Assembly (NCBI GenBank): GCA_977016875.1
Contig: CDRNST010000067.1
Location: forward strand, 3,162,001 to 3,226,000
Reading direction: 5' to 3'
From: Pavona decussata
Lineage: Eukaryota
DNA: 64,000 nucleotides
Shown here one piece after another: positions 49,091 to 62,481 of the stretch (position 1 is its first letter; each line of letters opens with the position of its first letter). The notes beneath the pieces were generated by a model. That model did not search any database, was not told the DNA's origin, and saw nothing but the letters and a program-made list of their open reading frames with translations. Made by a program: the position numbers and the translations under genes.

Positions 49091-52000
49091 ATGTCACAAA
49101 CAAACCTCATGTTAATCGTCTAAGTACGTCGTCGAGGAGCCAGCGAGCAGCACATTCTGATACGCCGCAGCCTATTCGTTGAAGTTCACGTGTACGAAGA
49201 CTCAACGTAACGCTGGATCCAGATGCTATTCGAGTGGAACGAATTCGAGTTCTAACAAAGAAAAGAGGAGGTATTTTATCGAGTATTACGGCTTAACGCA
49301 AGGAGATTGATGACTTGCTGAACAATGTCAACAATTTGGAAGCAGTTAAGGTCAAGCTAGCCGAGATAACGGATCTATTTCAAAAGTTCGTCGACTCCCA
49401 GAACGCATATCATTGCGAGTTGGTGGATGAAGCTCAAAAGGAACAATCTAACGCTTATTTTAGTGAAATTGAAGCAAGTTTAAGATTTTTCTGCGATACC
49501 GTTAATGACTGGTTACGCGTTACGGAGGTGAAGCTGCATGAGATGGCCATAACTCCAGAGGACAGTGCTTCTCAAGTTATCCCTTACGAGCAACATAAAC
49601 ATAAGAGTTCGTGTGGTTCCATCCTCAGTAGAGCATCTAAAGCAAGTTCAATATCTCCTGCTCGAGCTGAAGAAGCGGCAAAAATTGCTGAAATTCAAGC
49701 CGAAGCCCTTGCCTTAAGACAGCGTCAGCGACTTCATGAGACGGAGATGAATCTTAAAAGACAACAATACGAGTTGGAGTTAAAGAGGGAGGAGCTGAAG
49801 CTGGAGACCAAAAACGCCAAAGCTGTGGCCAGAGAGGGAGCATACGCCAAGGCAGAATCAAAGCTTCTTCCTCCTGATGGCTTGCAGAGTCGAATGTTCT
49901 CTAGTTTTCCGCCCCCAGTATTCGTCTCTAAGGATAAGCAAAAAGGGGCAAAGTCTAGACCTGAAAAGATTCCAGATGAAAGAACCGTTTCAAGTACTTC
50001 AAGCGAGGATTCCGGCAAATCTGGTCTCAGTGATCAAGCTTATCAGATTCTCGTCCAACAAAACTGAGTAATGGAAGAATTTGTGAAACAACAGCAAAGG
50101 AATACGCTGCCCAGAAGACATGTCCCTGTTTTTGATGGCAATCTTCTAGAATACTGCACTTTTACCCGTGCCTTTGAAACGGCGATCGAGGCCAAGGAAC
50201 CCGATTACGCTGGTAGACTATATTATCTTGAGCAGCACACATCTGGAAGACCACAAGAGATTGTGCGCAGCTCTCTCCACATGGTTCCAAAGGAAGGTTA
50301 CGAGAAGGCTAAAGGACTCCTAGAGAGAAGATTTGGCCAGAAGCATAAAATCGCAATGGCTTGCCTTGACCAAATGACTAATGGTCCACGCATTAAAGGT
50401 GAAGATGCGGAATCACTGGAAGGATTCTCCATCTTATTGTCGAGCTGTACGAACACTCTCAGATCCATTGGTTACTCTAACAAGATAGAAAGTCCAGATA
50501 ACATGCGGAAGATCATCAACAAACTCCTACCTAGATTGCAAGCTAAATGGTGCAAAACCGCTGACCGGATCCTGAACGTGGAACAGCAAGAGATCTGTAT
50601 TGAAGCCATTTCAAATTTTGTCAAGCACAAGTTGTGGTCCTTAGGCAATCCCATCTTCAGCAAGTTACCCTGTATGGAGAAGGAAGCCTCCGTTAACAAA
50701 GACAAGAGGTTGAAGCCTAGAAATGACAAGCCTGGTTCTAAGAAACTAAGTCTCACTACCATTTCTGAAAAGAATTCTGACAGTCAAGTACGTCCCGTAT
50801 CTTCGTCAACCGGTAGCAAGTTTGCTTCAGCTGAAACTGCCAAAGGTTGTCTCTTCTGTCGTGCCTCCCACCATCTGTCCGATTGTTCTGATTTCACGAA
50901 AACATCCAATCAAGATCGTTTTGATTTCGTAATGAAAAAGAGGCTATGCTTTGCTTGCTTAAGAGCTGGTCATCAATCCAGAGGATGTCAAAAGAGGAAA
51001 CCTTGTCACCACTGCGGTGGACCACATGCCACGGTTATGCACGTAGAACAATTTGGAGAGAGACAATCACGGCCCAAACCAGAATCTCTTAGTGATGCAC
51101 CTGTTGGGAGAAGTGAGACTCGATCTCAGGATAGCACAAGGCAAGGCAACTCTGAGGAGAGAAGTACCCCGCACTTCTGTGGCCTAACGTCTTTGGAGGG
51201 TTCCATAACGGCCTTGCCTATTGCTCCCGTGAAGATTAAAGTCAAAGGAAGTCCTTGTGTCATTGTAACGTATGCGCTCTTGGATAATGGTTCCAAATCT
51301 CCCTTTTGCTCGTTCAGCCTTCTGGAACGTCTAGGAATAGGTGGCAAGAAAAGGAAACTCAAAATGACAACCATGGGAAGAAGTGAAGAAGTAGACAGGT
51401 TTATTGTTAAGGATTTGCAAATTTCTGACCTAGATGAGAACGTTGTCATTCCTCTGCATGAGACGCTAGCCAGACCAGTTATGCCAGTTTCAAAACATGA
51501 AATCCCTAAACAAGAAGATGTAGAATGGTGGCCACATTTACGAGGATACCTCGAGCTTACAGAATTAGACTCCCAAGTGGAACTGTTGATCAGCACCAAT
51601 GTTCCTGAAGCCCTCCAGCCCAGAGAAGTTATCCCTGCTGCTAATGGAGGTCCATATGCGACAAGAGTGGACCTCGGCTGGGTGATTAACGGCCCCACCG
51701 GACGAAAGTTGAAGTATGTCCCCTCATGTTTCTTTGTGAAATCCATGGAAGCTCATCCTATATGCGTTGCCTGTCCTAACTTTGCTGGTAATCCCTCAGT
51801 GACGACGTTGGCTTATCTAGAGAAGATCTGAAATTCATGAACATCGTTAAAGATTCAGCCATGCAGTGCGAAGATGTCATTATCAGATTTCGCTTCCTTT
51901 GAAGAATCCATCCCTGAAGATGCCGGACAATAGAGTTCGGGCAGAACGAAGGATTCTTCATTTGAAACGCAAGCTCTTGGGGAATGGAAAGTTCCGAGAA

Positions 52001-55000
52001 GACTATGTTACCTCTCTTGAAGGTATGATTAAAGAAGGCTTCGCTGAGAAAGTTCCCCTTGCTGACCTCAGAAGAGCGGACGGCAAAGTTTGGTATATAC
52101 CGCACCATAGCGTATATCATCACAAGTTGTTTTTGATTGCTCTGCTCAGTTCCGTGGAACTTCCCTAAACAGTGAGCTTTTCCAAGGTCCAGACTTAACC
52201 AATCACCTTGTAGGGATGCTGATTCGTTTCCGCCAGGATCAAGGTGCAGTGATGGGAGACATTCAACCTATGTTTCATCAAGTGCGTATCCCAGTAGCTG
52301 ATCGCGATCTTCTTGGTTTCCTGTGGTGGCCCTATGGTGACTTAAATCAAGAATTAACAGAGTACAGAATGACCATACATTAGTTTGGTGCTGTCTCATC
52401 TCCTAGTTGTGCGAACTTCGCAATTCGAAAGAACGCTGAAGACATCAAGCATGAATTTCCCTCCGATGTTGTCAATACCGTTTTGAGAAATTTCTACGTT
52501 GACAACTGCCTTAAATCTTTACTGTCAAGTAGTGCAGCGATTAAGCACGTGGATGACTTATGAAAGCTTATGTTGAGAGGAGGCTTCTGTTTTACGAAAT
52601 GGGTTAGTAACGACCGGAAAGTCTTAGAGTCAATTCCAATTCACGACAGAGCCAAAGACGTCAAAGAGTTGGACCTAGCCGAAGATGCTCTTCCCACCGA
52701 GAGAGCCTTAAGCGTATTATGGTGCGTAGAGAATGACAAGTTTGGCTTCAAGGTCAACGTTAAGGAGCGACCATGTACTAGGCGTGGAATACTATCTATC
52801 GTCAGTTCGATATATGATCCGTTAGGACTGGCTGTACCTTTCATCTTACCCGCTAAACTACTTCTCCAAGATTTGTGTAGAAAGGGCATTGCTTGGGACG
52901 ATGAGATTCCTGACAATTACTCGTCTTGATGGCATTCCGGGCTGCATGGATTACCGAAGCTTTCCGAATTCTCAGTCCACAGACATGTCAGGCCCCCAGA
53001 CTTTGAAAGAATTACTGGCAGCCAAATTCATCACTTTTCTGATGCCTCTCAGTCTGCGTATGGAGCAGTTTTTTATCTTCGCCTCATCAACTTGGATGGT
53101 CGAATTCATTGTTCTTTTCTCATCGGGAAATCCCACCTCGCTCCTCTGAAACAGACGACTATCCCCAGATTGGAATTAGCAGCTGCTACAGTATCAATTC
53201 GCCTGAACAAAATGTTGAAGAAAGAATTGGAAAGGCCCATTGACACAATCACTTTCTGGACGGATAGCATGACTGTGATACGCTACATCGAAAACGAATC
53301 GAAGCATTTCCATACTTATGTCGCCAACCATATCTCCGTTATCAGAGAAGATTCCTTTACAGTGGAGGTACATAGATACCAAGTCTAATCCTGCTGATGA
53401 CGCGTCAAGAGGAGTCACTGCAGAGTCTTTTGTTCAGAATGACAGTTGGATAAAGGGGCCGGCCTTCCTCTCAACACCGGAGTCCGATTGGATGGCACAT
53501 CCCCGAAATACTGAAGAATTGTCAGAGGATGATCTCGAAGTTAAATGCGAGTCGTCTTCCTTTGCTGTCCAAGTCAGCGAAGGCTACGTGAGCCTTGTTT
53601 CTATCATTGAGCGGTTCTCGTCTTGGTTAAGACTGCTAAAGTTTATCGCTCTGTGTCTTCGCTGCCAGAGAAGATTTCTTAAGAGAAAAGGAGAAGCCAG
53701 ACAAGACTCCTATGGTTTCCTAGAGAGTCCAAGTGCGAATTGCTCACACTTCCAGAGTTGGAGATTGCAGAACAAGAGATCATCAAGTTTAACCAGAAAA
53801 TCGCTTTTGCTGAAGAAATAGCAGCCTTAAAGAAAGGAAAGTTCGTCAAGAAATCAAGTGCGCTTGTTAAGTTAGATCCAATAATGGTCCAGGGCCTCCT
53901 CTGTGTTGGCGGACGACTGAGGATAGCCACTCTGTCTGAGGATTTAAAGCATCAGATCATTATCCCTGACGGATTCTCATCTCGCTCGTCTCCTTGTTTT
54001 CCATTTTCATGAGAAAAGCGGTCATTCCGGAAGAGAATACGTCTTAGCCCTATTGCATGAAAGGTTCTGGTTAATCCGCGCAAATTCCGTTGTAAGAAGC
54101 GTACTATCCTCCTGCTTTGGTTGCAAAAGGCATCATGCCTCTTCTGGCAAACAAAAGATGGCAGATCTACCACCTGCAAGAGTCACCTCGGACCAGCATC
54201 CCTTCACTTGCGTAGGAGTAGACTATTTTGGCCTGTTTCTTGTACGCCAAAAGCGGAGCCAAGTAAAGCACTAGGAGTGATTTTCACCTGCTTAGCCCTA
54301 CGAGCTGTTCACTTGGAAATATCCCACTCATTGGACACTGATTCCTTTATTCTCGCTCTAAGGCGTTTTATCGCCCGAAGAGGTCAAGTGAAAGAAATTC
54401 GCTCTGACAATGGTACAAACTTCGTTGGAGGCGAAAAGGAGCTCTGTGTTATGATCGAAAGCTGGAACCAGGCTGCGACCCACCAAAGTCTTCTCCACAA
54501 AGGAATTACGTGGATCATCAATCCGCCATCGGCCTCTCATCATGGTGGTGTGTGGGAAAGGCTAATAAGATCGACCCGAAAGATTATTGGTGGCTTAGTG
54601 AAGGAACAGAACCTCGATGATGAAAGCCTCCAGACCCTGATGTGTGAAGCAGAAAGTATCATCAAAGGAAGACCTTTAACGACAGTCTCAAATGATCCAA
54701 GAGATTTGGAACCTCTTACACCAAATCATTTGCTTCTTCTTCGTCAAGACACGCCTCTTCCTCCTGGTATTTTTGAGAAAAACGACACCCTATCAAGAAG
54801 AAGATGGCGACAGGTACAATATTCGGCGGATGTTTTTGGAAACGTTGGAAAAAAGAATATCTCCCTCTGCAGAAGTGGTCCAAACCTGAAAGAAAATTTG
54901 CAATTGGGGATATCGTTATAGTTGTTGATGAATCTACACCCAGGAATATGTGGCCGATTGGTCGTATCACAGAAGTTTTTCCCGACAACCATCAGTTGGT

Positions 55001-55100
55001 CCGTCGTGTGAAAGTTCGGACAAAGAATTCAACTTTACTTCGACCCATCTCCAAGCTATGCCTTTTGGAATCTTGTGAACATTCAGAAGGAACACTATAA
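49091..55100 (+). pseudogene. BEL/Pao gag-pol polyprotein with multiple stops and frameshifts
   Basis: Triple zinc knuckle (CLFC..H..C, CFAC..GH..C, CHHC..H..H), protease ALLDNGS, RT WYIPHH/GPDL/FYVDNCL, SIYDPLG, RNase H FSDASQSAYG, TIPRLEL, integrase GVDYFG/SDNGTNF/GGVWERLI. Confidence 0.95.
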
Positions 55101-55280
55101 TTGAATAGAAAGTCAAGTCTTTTCCAAGTCTACCACGTATATGACATTTCTTCCCAGTCTTAGAGATTTAAAGAGACATTTAATTCTTTAGTGTTAGTTT
55201 ATCTATTAGTTCCATGCGCCTCATAATGTTTCATATGTATGTAAACGCAAAGTTTCCGCCTTTCCATTTAGGGGCTGGAA

Positions 55281-55797
55281 TGTAGGGGCGAAAATTTAGA
55301 TTTTGTTGTTTTGTATGTCGGCATAACGTATTTCTATAGGTCATTAGCGTTCTTGTTTTTCGTTCCTCGTTTATTAGTTTTTTCACTCCGTTGCCCTTTG
55401 AACTTAGTTTCTCGTTCATTAGTCTTCTTTGTTTTTTTAGGTTGTTTTCGTACTCATTTATTTTATTTAGCATAGTGCTATATAAGGTTACTTGTTAGTT
55501 TGGTTTTGCTGCTCATATTGCGTAAGTCCTTCTAGTTAAGTTCGGTTTTGTTTTAAGTCTAGCCTTTAAGTCAAGTTCCAAGTTCTAAGTGTTTTTCTTG
55601 TCGTCACATTCGTCTTGTAAGTATTCGTCGTTTGTTTCGTTTGTCATTTTCTATTCGCATTGTCATTGTCATTTTCATTGTTAATTTATTTTGTCTGTTA
55701 TTTTATGTTATTTTCAGTCACCTTACCTTACCTTTCGTACTTGCTTTGTTTCCTAAAATGTTTGGTTTGTGTACAAGTTAACGCGTTTGCGACGACA
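55281..55797 (+). repeat. 3' LTR (517 bp)
   Basis: Direct repeat of the 5' LTR. Confidence 0.95.
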
Positions 55798-57638
55798 CTA
55801 ACTTTTATTTAATGAGTACTGTAAGTTTTGTAAATGTTTTCGTTATGTTTCTAAAACAGGTACTTCGGAAAAGCCTCAATCTCAAGCCACCCAAAAGCTT
55901 TCTAGTGCTTTCTACAAGTTACGGAAGCAAACATATGTCAGTATTCTCCAAGAACACTTTGACGAACAGGTAGGATCTGAGGTTCTTCAAAGTGCCGTTT
56001 TGGAATTCTTCAACTGGACCCTTCAGAAAAGGCCCAGGCAACGAATGCCATGAAAGATGCTTTCAGAAAGTCATTGGTCTCTAGAAAGGGTTCCTCACGG
56101 AAAGAAAGAGTAACAGCATACAAAAATGTTGCAAGGAAATTTTCCTTCTCATTATCGGGAAGTTAATCATCCTTATCATTGGAGGAAAATTCAGAGATTG
56201 CTAACATCAAGCAAGTCATTGCCAGTATGTCTGCTGAACTGGACGCAGTGGTTCACCGACTAGATATCCAGTTGCCTGCTGCAACAGTTCAAAAGGATGT
56301 TGTCCGCGCCTTAGTTGACATGCAACAGAAATTGCAACTGCAGATCCAAGAGCTAACTAACACATTGGAAACGCTGTACGAGAAAGAGGTTCAGTGGCTG
56401 CTACATCGTCAGTCACCCTGTGAAGCACTCTGTGTGAATGATAAAGTCCAACTCAATGAAGTAATTGGAACATTCATCGGTTTGCTCAACATTGGCATGG
56501 AGTCCCAAAACTTGTCAGAAATCAACTTTGATGGAGTTTTCAGTTCACTACCAACCAATGTGAGGGAAAGATGCCCACTCCTCTTTGATGGTTTGCACAC
56601 TCTGCTATTGCACAAAGCCGATGGAAGAGATGTCTCTGAAATGCGTGTTAGAAGTGCAGTTCACTGCCTGGCCATTTTGGTCAGTTTGAGGAGCCAGAAG
56701 ATTGAAAATGACCTTCAAAGTGATGTTCACCTGCCTGTGTATATCCTTTGGAGCTGGTATGCGATTTATTACAATGCTTAACTACCTGGGCCTGACAATC
56801 AGCTGGGAGAGGGCCATGAAATTCTTTGACAGTCGTAAAACAAAGTGGGAAGAGGAGATTGCCAAAGAAACACCTGTTGACATGCCAGTCATGCTTATGT
56901 TTGACAATATCAACATGTACAGAGGAAAGCACAAGCATATACGCCTTTTTAAATACATTGGCCCAACAATGTGGAACTTTACTGGGCAAGCAGTCTGAGT
57001 TCCAAATGCAGTGGGACAAGAGAAACTACTTCAGGACAAGAATTCTTGACTTAATGCCCAGAAAAAAACTTTTCAACTGGATCCAAATTATGTTTTAGTT
57101 CAAAGTGGCCAGGCAAAGAATGATTTCTTTGCTCATGCTGTGGATGCATTTCTGCTGGAAGCTCTTGACAAAGCATTGAACAAAATACCACCAAACAGGG
57201 AAAAGCTCAGGGACGTGGCTGAATTGGAATTAAATTCATTTATTTCAAATGCTAATTTTCAAACTCAGTCTAATTACAAAATTAAAGTTCCAAAGGAGAG
57301 AGATTTTGTTACATCCAGAGCTGAAGCTAGGAGCAACCTGCAAGTCCTCCCACTGTCACTTGAAAACAACAGCACAGTAGCTGGAACAATGAGCATTCTG
57401 GACCAACTGGCTCCTGACTTTTCCTTGCCGAACGAAAAGAAAGGCCCAAGGGACCTTCCATTTGACTCTGTATCTGGCACATTTGATGTCCATTGCACTC
57501 GATCGCACTTTGAGTTGCTCATCAGTCAATACAACCATCAGAGCCACATGGGGGAATTAGAAAGGCAGTTGCGATCCAGAGAGAGGGAGCTTGATGAAGT
57601 GACTCAAGAGGAATTTGAGCATGCTGAAGGTTGTGAAG

Positions 57639-60062
57639 CCGCCTTGATTGGGATCGCCACCTTGTCGTGGTGAGGCGGCTTGCGTGCTCCAGTGACCCCT
57701 AGAGCTATGTTGGCTGGAGTCTTGTACTCCTGGCAGGGACACCCATGCCAAACAGGTCAAAGGGTAGGGGCCAGACAAAGAGTGATCCCACTGGCCCTCC
57801 AGGTTGGGGGTTGGGCAGAGGGCTGATAACCCTCTTCCGTAAAAAAAACAATTATTACAGAAACCAGAAGCAGAGTGAATTCACTATTTCAAAGGGGAAC
57901 TGTGGCAGTACCTCATCGGAGAGAGTTAATGACGCACGGGAGCCAAAGCCAGCAGGACGCCTCCGGGCTGATCAAGCCACTGATACACCCTAAATACACC
58001 ATGAAGATAGGCAACTGGAACGTAAGGACGCTTTACAGGAGTGGCAACATTGCACAGGCGGCGAGAGAAATGACAAAGAGAGGTATAGACGTAATGGGCA
58101 TCAGTGAAACACACTGGACAGGACAAGGAACAATGCGACTTGCAGAGGGTGAAACCATCATTTACTCCGGAAGAGATGATGACAACCATAGAGAGGGAGT
58201 CAGCATACTGATGTCAAAACATGCAGCACAATCTCTGATGGAATGGACTCCGATCAGCGAAAGGGTTATTCAAGCCAGATTTTATTCCAAATACATAAAA
58301 CTTACGATCATACATGTATATGCACCCACTGAAGATACAGATGAGCAGATAAAAGATGAGTTCTATGGGAGGCTACAGGATGTGCTAGACAGTGTCAATG
58401 AGCATGATATGTTAATTGTCACGGGGGACATGAATGCTAAGGTTGGAAACGACAACTGGGCGTATGAAAGTGTGATGGGTAAACATGGGCTGGGGCAAAG
58501 AAATGATAATGGAGAAAGGCTTTGCGATATGTGTGATATGAATGAACTAGTTATAACAGGGACATTGTTTCCTCATAAGACCATCCACAAAGTAACGTGG
58601 GTTTCCCCCGATGGGAATACCATGAACCAGATAGACCATGTACTAATCAGCAGGCGATTTAGGAATTCGGTGAAAGATACGAGAGTATACAGGTCTGCAG
58701 ATATCGGAAGCGACCACCATCTTGTATGTACAGTAGTCAAGTTGAGATTGAGTAAACAAACAGCAGGGAAGAAAAGATGTAGAGTCAAGTACGATACAGC
58801 AAGGTTGAGGAATGAAGAGGTGTTACGGCAGTTTAACGTTGCCTTGCAAAATAGGTAACAAGTCCTGGAGAACGAGGAAACAGCAGTTGAAGAAAGCGAA
58901 GAAGTGGAACAAGACTTTGAGGTGATGAAGAAGGCATATACAGAGGTGGCGGAATCAGTCTTAGGTAGACCTCGGAAGAAGAAGAAGCCGTGGATAAGTG
59001 AGGAGTCATGGAGCCTCATAGACCAAAGAGAGGAAATTAATAGGAAGATCCTGGGAACACGGTCAGAAAGGGTTAAGAAGCAGCTTAGGGCCAAGTATGC
59101 AGAAAAGAACAGGGAAGTGAAGAGAAGCATAAAGACAGACAGAAAGAAATGGATGGAGAAGATCACTTCTTGTTCTTGATTGTTATGGATTGGGTAATGC
59201 GAAGAGCGGTTGGCAGTGGTGAAAACGGTATTAAGTGGAAGTTTACTTCAAAACTGGACGACTTGGACTTTGCGGACGATATAGCTCTGCTTTCATCTAC
59301 CAAGCAGCAGATTCAGGATAAAACGACAAGGCTGGACGAAGAGGCCAGACGGGTGGGACTCAAAATCAACGGAGAAAAGACAAAAACGATGAGGATCAAT
59401 GCAAGGAACCAAGAAAACATCATAATAAATGGGCAGGATATTGAAGATGTCGAAGAGTTTGTGTACTTGGGGGCGAAAGTTTGTAAAGAGGGAGGCGGTA
59501 TGAAGGACTTGAAGAACAGGTTATTGAAAGCCAGAGGTGCCTTTAACAAACTAAAGAAGATCTGGATCTCTAATAACATCTCGAGGAAAACAAAACTGAG
59601 GCTGTATAAAACACTGGTAGTGCCAGTGTTACTCTATGGATCTGAGACATGGAAGATGAACAAAGGAGATGATAAAGCAGTGAATGTGTTCCATAATAGA
59701 TGCCTACGTAAGATCTTCCGAATTCGATGGCAAGACCATGTCAGTACCAAAGAGCTACTGGAAAGAGCAAGCATGAAGCCACTGAGTGTGGAAGTGATGT
59801 CTCGAAGATGGAAAATGATTGGCCATATTCTTAGGAAAGATCGCAATGATGATTGCAATGTTGCCATGAGCTGGGCACCAGAAGGTAAAAGGAGAAGGGG
59901 AAGACCAAAAACCACCTGGAGACGGACAGTAGAGAAAGAAAGGCAAGAAGCAGGTTGGAGATCGTGGGAGGAGGTGCGGACCGCAGCAACCAATAGAGAG
60001 GAGTGGAGAAGCTCTGTGAAGGCCCTATGTGCCACGAGGCACGAAAAGGATATATGATGATA
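57639..60062 (+). mobile_element. RTE-clade non-LTR retrotransposon, 5'-complete, internally deleted
   Basis: 14-bp TSD TGAAGGTTGTGAAG (57625-57638, 60063-60076); APE domain IGNWNVRTL, GISETHW, VYAPT, GDMNAKVG, NQIDHVL, GSDHHLV; RT remnant LDFADDIALL, FVYLG, LLYGSETW, GRPKTTWRR; short TGA-type tail. Confidence 0.95.
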
Positions 60063-61086
60063 TGAAGGTTGTGAAGATGACAGTTCCGAGGAACCAACTG
60101 AAAGTTCATCTTCTACAACACTGGAGAATGAACGGCGGCACTTTGAAACAGATGATAAGCCATTCTGGGATATCTTCAATTCCTTTTCTTCAAAGCTGTC
60201 AGACATAATCAGTTCAAACAGTGTAGGGCAGTACTCGTCATTTGTCAGGAATCCTGACAACAAGCGGATAATGACTGTTACAGATCATCTGAAACGATCC
60301 TTACTTCACGTTGCAGTGGAACAAAAGCATGAAAGTCTTGCTAAATGTTTAGTGGATTTGGGCTTCGATGTGAATTTCAGAGAAGGTTGCGGGTTAACTC
60401 CCCTCAGTCTTTCTGTCCTTCACAAGAACAATGACTTGTGCAAATTTCTGGTTGAGTCAGGAGCAAGATACACTGGTCCACTATTTACAAGCATTCCCTT
60501 ACCAATGTGCATGGCCAATACTTTCCAACTTGGTGAAATTCAGCAACTCTTCAATGGAGATCAAGGAGAATAAGACGAAGAGAATGACCTGATCCGTCAA
60601 CTGGACAGTGCATTTGTAAAGGGACGCCACAACATTCACAATGCTGTTGCTGGTCAGTCTGAGATGGTCGTAAATCGTACCTGTTCTGGTTTTGTGACGC
60701 CTGTGATTGGAGATGTAGGGACATGCAAAACCAACAATGCAGCTATGTCAAGATCAGCATCTTACCAATGGGTTGGCCTTTGTCCAGGTGACCTTCACAA
60801 TAAAGTCTACTTTTGTGAAGCAACATTTACAGTTCATGGGTCATCTGGTCTCCACTACATCTTGCTGGAGTTTATGAAATGGAAAAAACTGTCAACAGAG
60901 ATTTTCAAGAAAAGGAAATTCCAGGAGAAACCCAATTCAAGTTAGGGAGGGGATTCGAGATGTCTGCAAGGCTTATGGTCTGGCTGCAGCCTTAGAGTTT
61001 GCAGAGAGTGACCATTTCCTAAGTCGGCAAGAGTTACAAGGTGTTCAAGATGCAAGCTTCCTAATGGTGGACAAATTTAAAGATTG

Positions 61087-62234
61087 AATTTTGGCATCAA
61101 AATCGGATCGCTCTCTGATAAATTTAATCTGAGTTGCGGGGTCCCACAAGGTTCTTGTTTGGGTCCCCTCTTATTTACCATCTATGCGAGTTCGCTGTTT
61201 GACATCTTAAAAACACATCTGCCATCCGTTCACACCTATGCAGACGATATGCAGCTATATATATGGTTTAATCCCATTGATAAGACCAGCGAGGCTGATG
61301 CTGTGATTGCGATCGAGAACTGTATTCGTGACGTTCGTGCATGGATGAGAGATGATAAGTTAATGCTAAACGACGATAAAACTGAGTTCTTGATCATTGG
61401 CATGGAACGACAGTTATCAAAGGTCTCCGTTGACAAGATCAAGATTGGCCAAGCTGAGGTATCGCCTGTCTCTTCAGTGCGCAATTAGGGCACCCGGTTT
61501 GATTCTCATCTGGATATGTCAACTCATGTGTCTAAGACTTGTGCTAGCGCGTTTTATTATTTGTACAATATCCGGCACATTAGGAAGTATTTGTCTCGTG
61601 ATTCAACCGAGAGGCTTGTTCACGCATTCATCACAAGCAGGCTTGACTACTGTAATGGTTTATTGTACCGTGCTCCTGAGTATCAAATTAAGAAACTTCA
61701 AAGAGTCATGAATGCCAGTGCTCGATTAGTTTACTGCGCACCTAAGTATTGTCACGTTACTCCTTTGCTAAGAGAACTCCACTGGCTACCAGTGCGCTTG
61801 CGCGTAGATTTTAAGATTCTCCTTGTTACATTTAAGATTCTTCCCGGTGTTGCGCCTAGCTATCTTAAGGATCTTGTCTCTGTCTTACCGGACTCATGTT
61901 ACCAACTACGCCGTAACAATAATGGTATATTGTTAGAAAGACCTAGGCTAAGAACAAAGAAGACCTTGGGGGATCGCGAGTTATCGATGGGTGCCCCCTT
62001 TTTATGGAACAGTCTTCCTCTGCCAATAAGACAGGAAACATCAATCGACTCTTTTAAACGCTCCGTTAAAACATATTTATTTCAGAAGGCTTTTAGTTGA
62101 TTATTTATTTATTCATTTATTTTTAAATATTGTAATTTTATCAGGTAATTTTACTGGTTTTTAATTTAGTTAATAATAATATTGTAATGCGCTTTTGAGT
62201 ATTTTATAAATAAAAGCGCAATATAAGTATTAAA

Positions 62235-62269
<35 letters not shown>
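61087..62269 (+). mobile_element. 5'-truncated L2-clade LINE
   Basis: GVPQGSCLGPLLF, YADDMQLY, LNDDKTE, SRLDYCN, HVTPLLRELHWLPV; 3' stem-loop TGCGCTTT...AAAGCGCA and (TAT)n tail. Confidence 0.9.
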
Positions 62270-62271
<2 letters not shown>

Positions 62272-62481
62272 ATCATCTGCCACTGATGTTGCTTGCCAGC
62301 ACCAGGCAACTGCATTTCTAGTATACGGTCTAAACCAGAAATTGTACGATGCTTCGACAGCGTATGGTGATGGCTGTGCCCGTGAAGTAGTGTACCAAAC
62401 ACAGTTGCCGATTTACGCCCAACTTGGATTCAGAAATTACTACGCTGAAGTCTTCAGTCATACGCAGTTATTTTTATTCAG

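Larger units (their letters stand above)
48513..55797 (+). mobile_element. Full-length but decayed BEL/Pao LTR retrotransposon
   Basis: TG...CA LTRs; CTAAC TSD at 48508-48512 and 55798-55802; polypurine tract AGGGGCTGGAA at 55270-55280; gag-PR-RT-RH-IN order. Confidence 0.95.
55860..62470 (+). pseudogene. Academ/DUF6589-like transposase with internal ankyrin repeats, split by RTE and L2 insertions (possible upstream exon 47369-47477)
   Basis: CPLLF...LRSQK...LNYLGLTISW, LMFDNIN, LPLSLENNSTVAG..IL, ankyrin LLHVAVEQ/GLTPLSLSV, VIGDVGT, PGDLH, then GDG.REVVY..LPIY..GFRNYYAE after the L2. Family assignment is from motif recall, not a search. Confidence 0.55.

Noticed and set aside
58573-60263. 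Long minus-strand ORFs over the RTE, and similar ones over the BEL and recombinase genes
   Set aside because: Antisense shadows of the plus-strand coding sequence, with no recognisable motifs.
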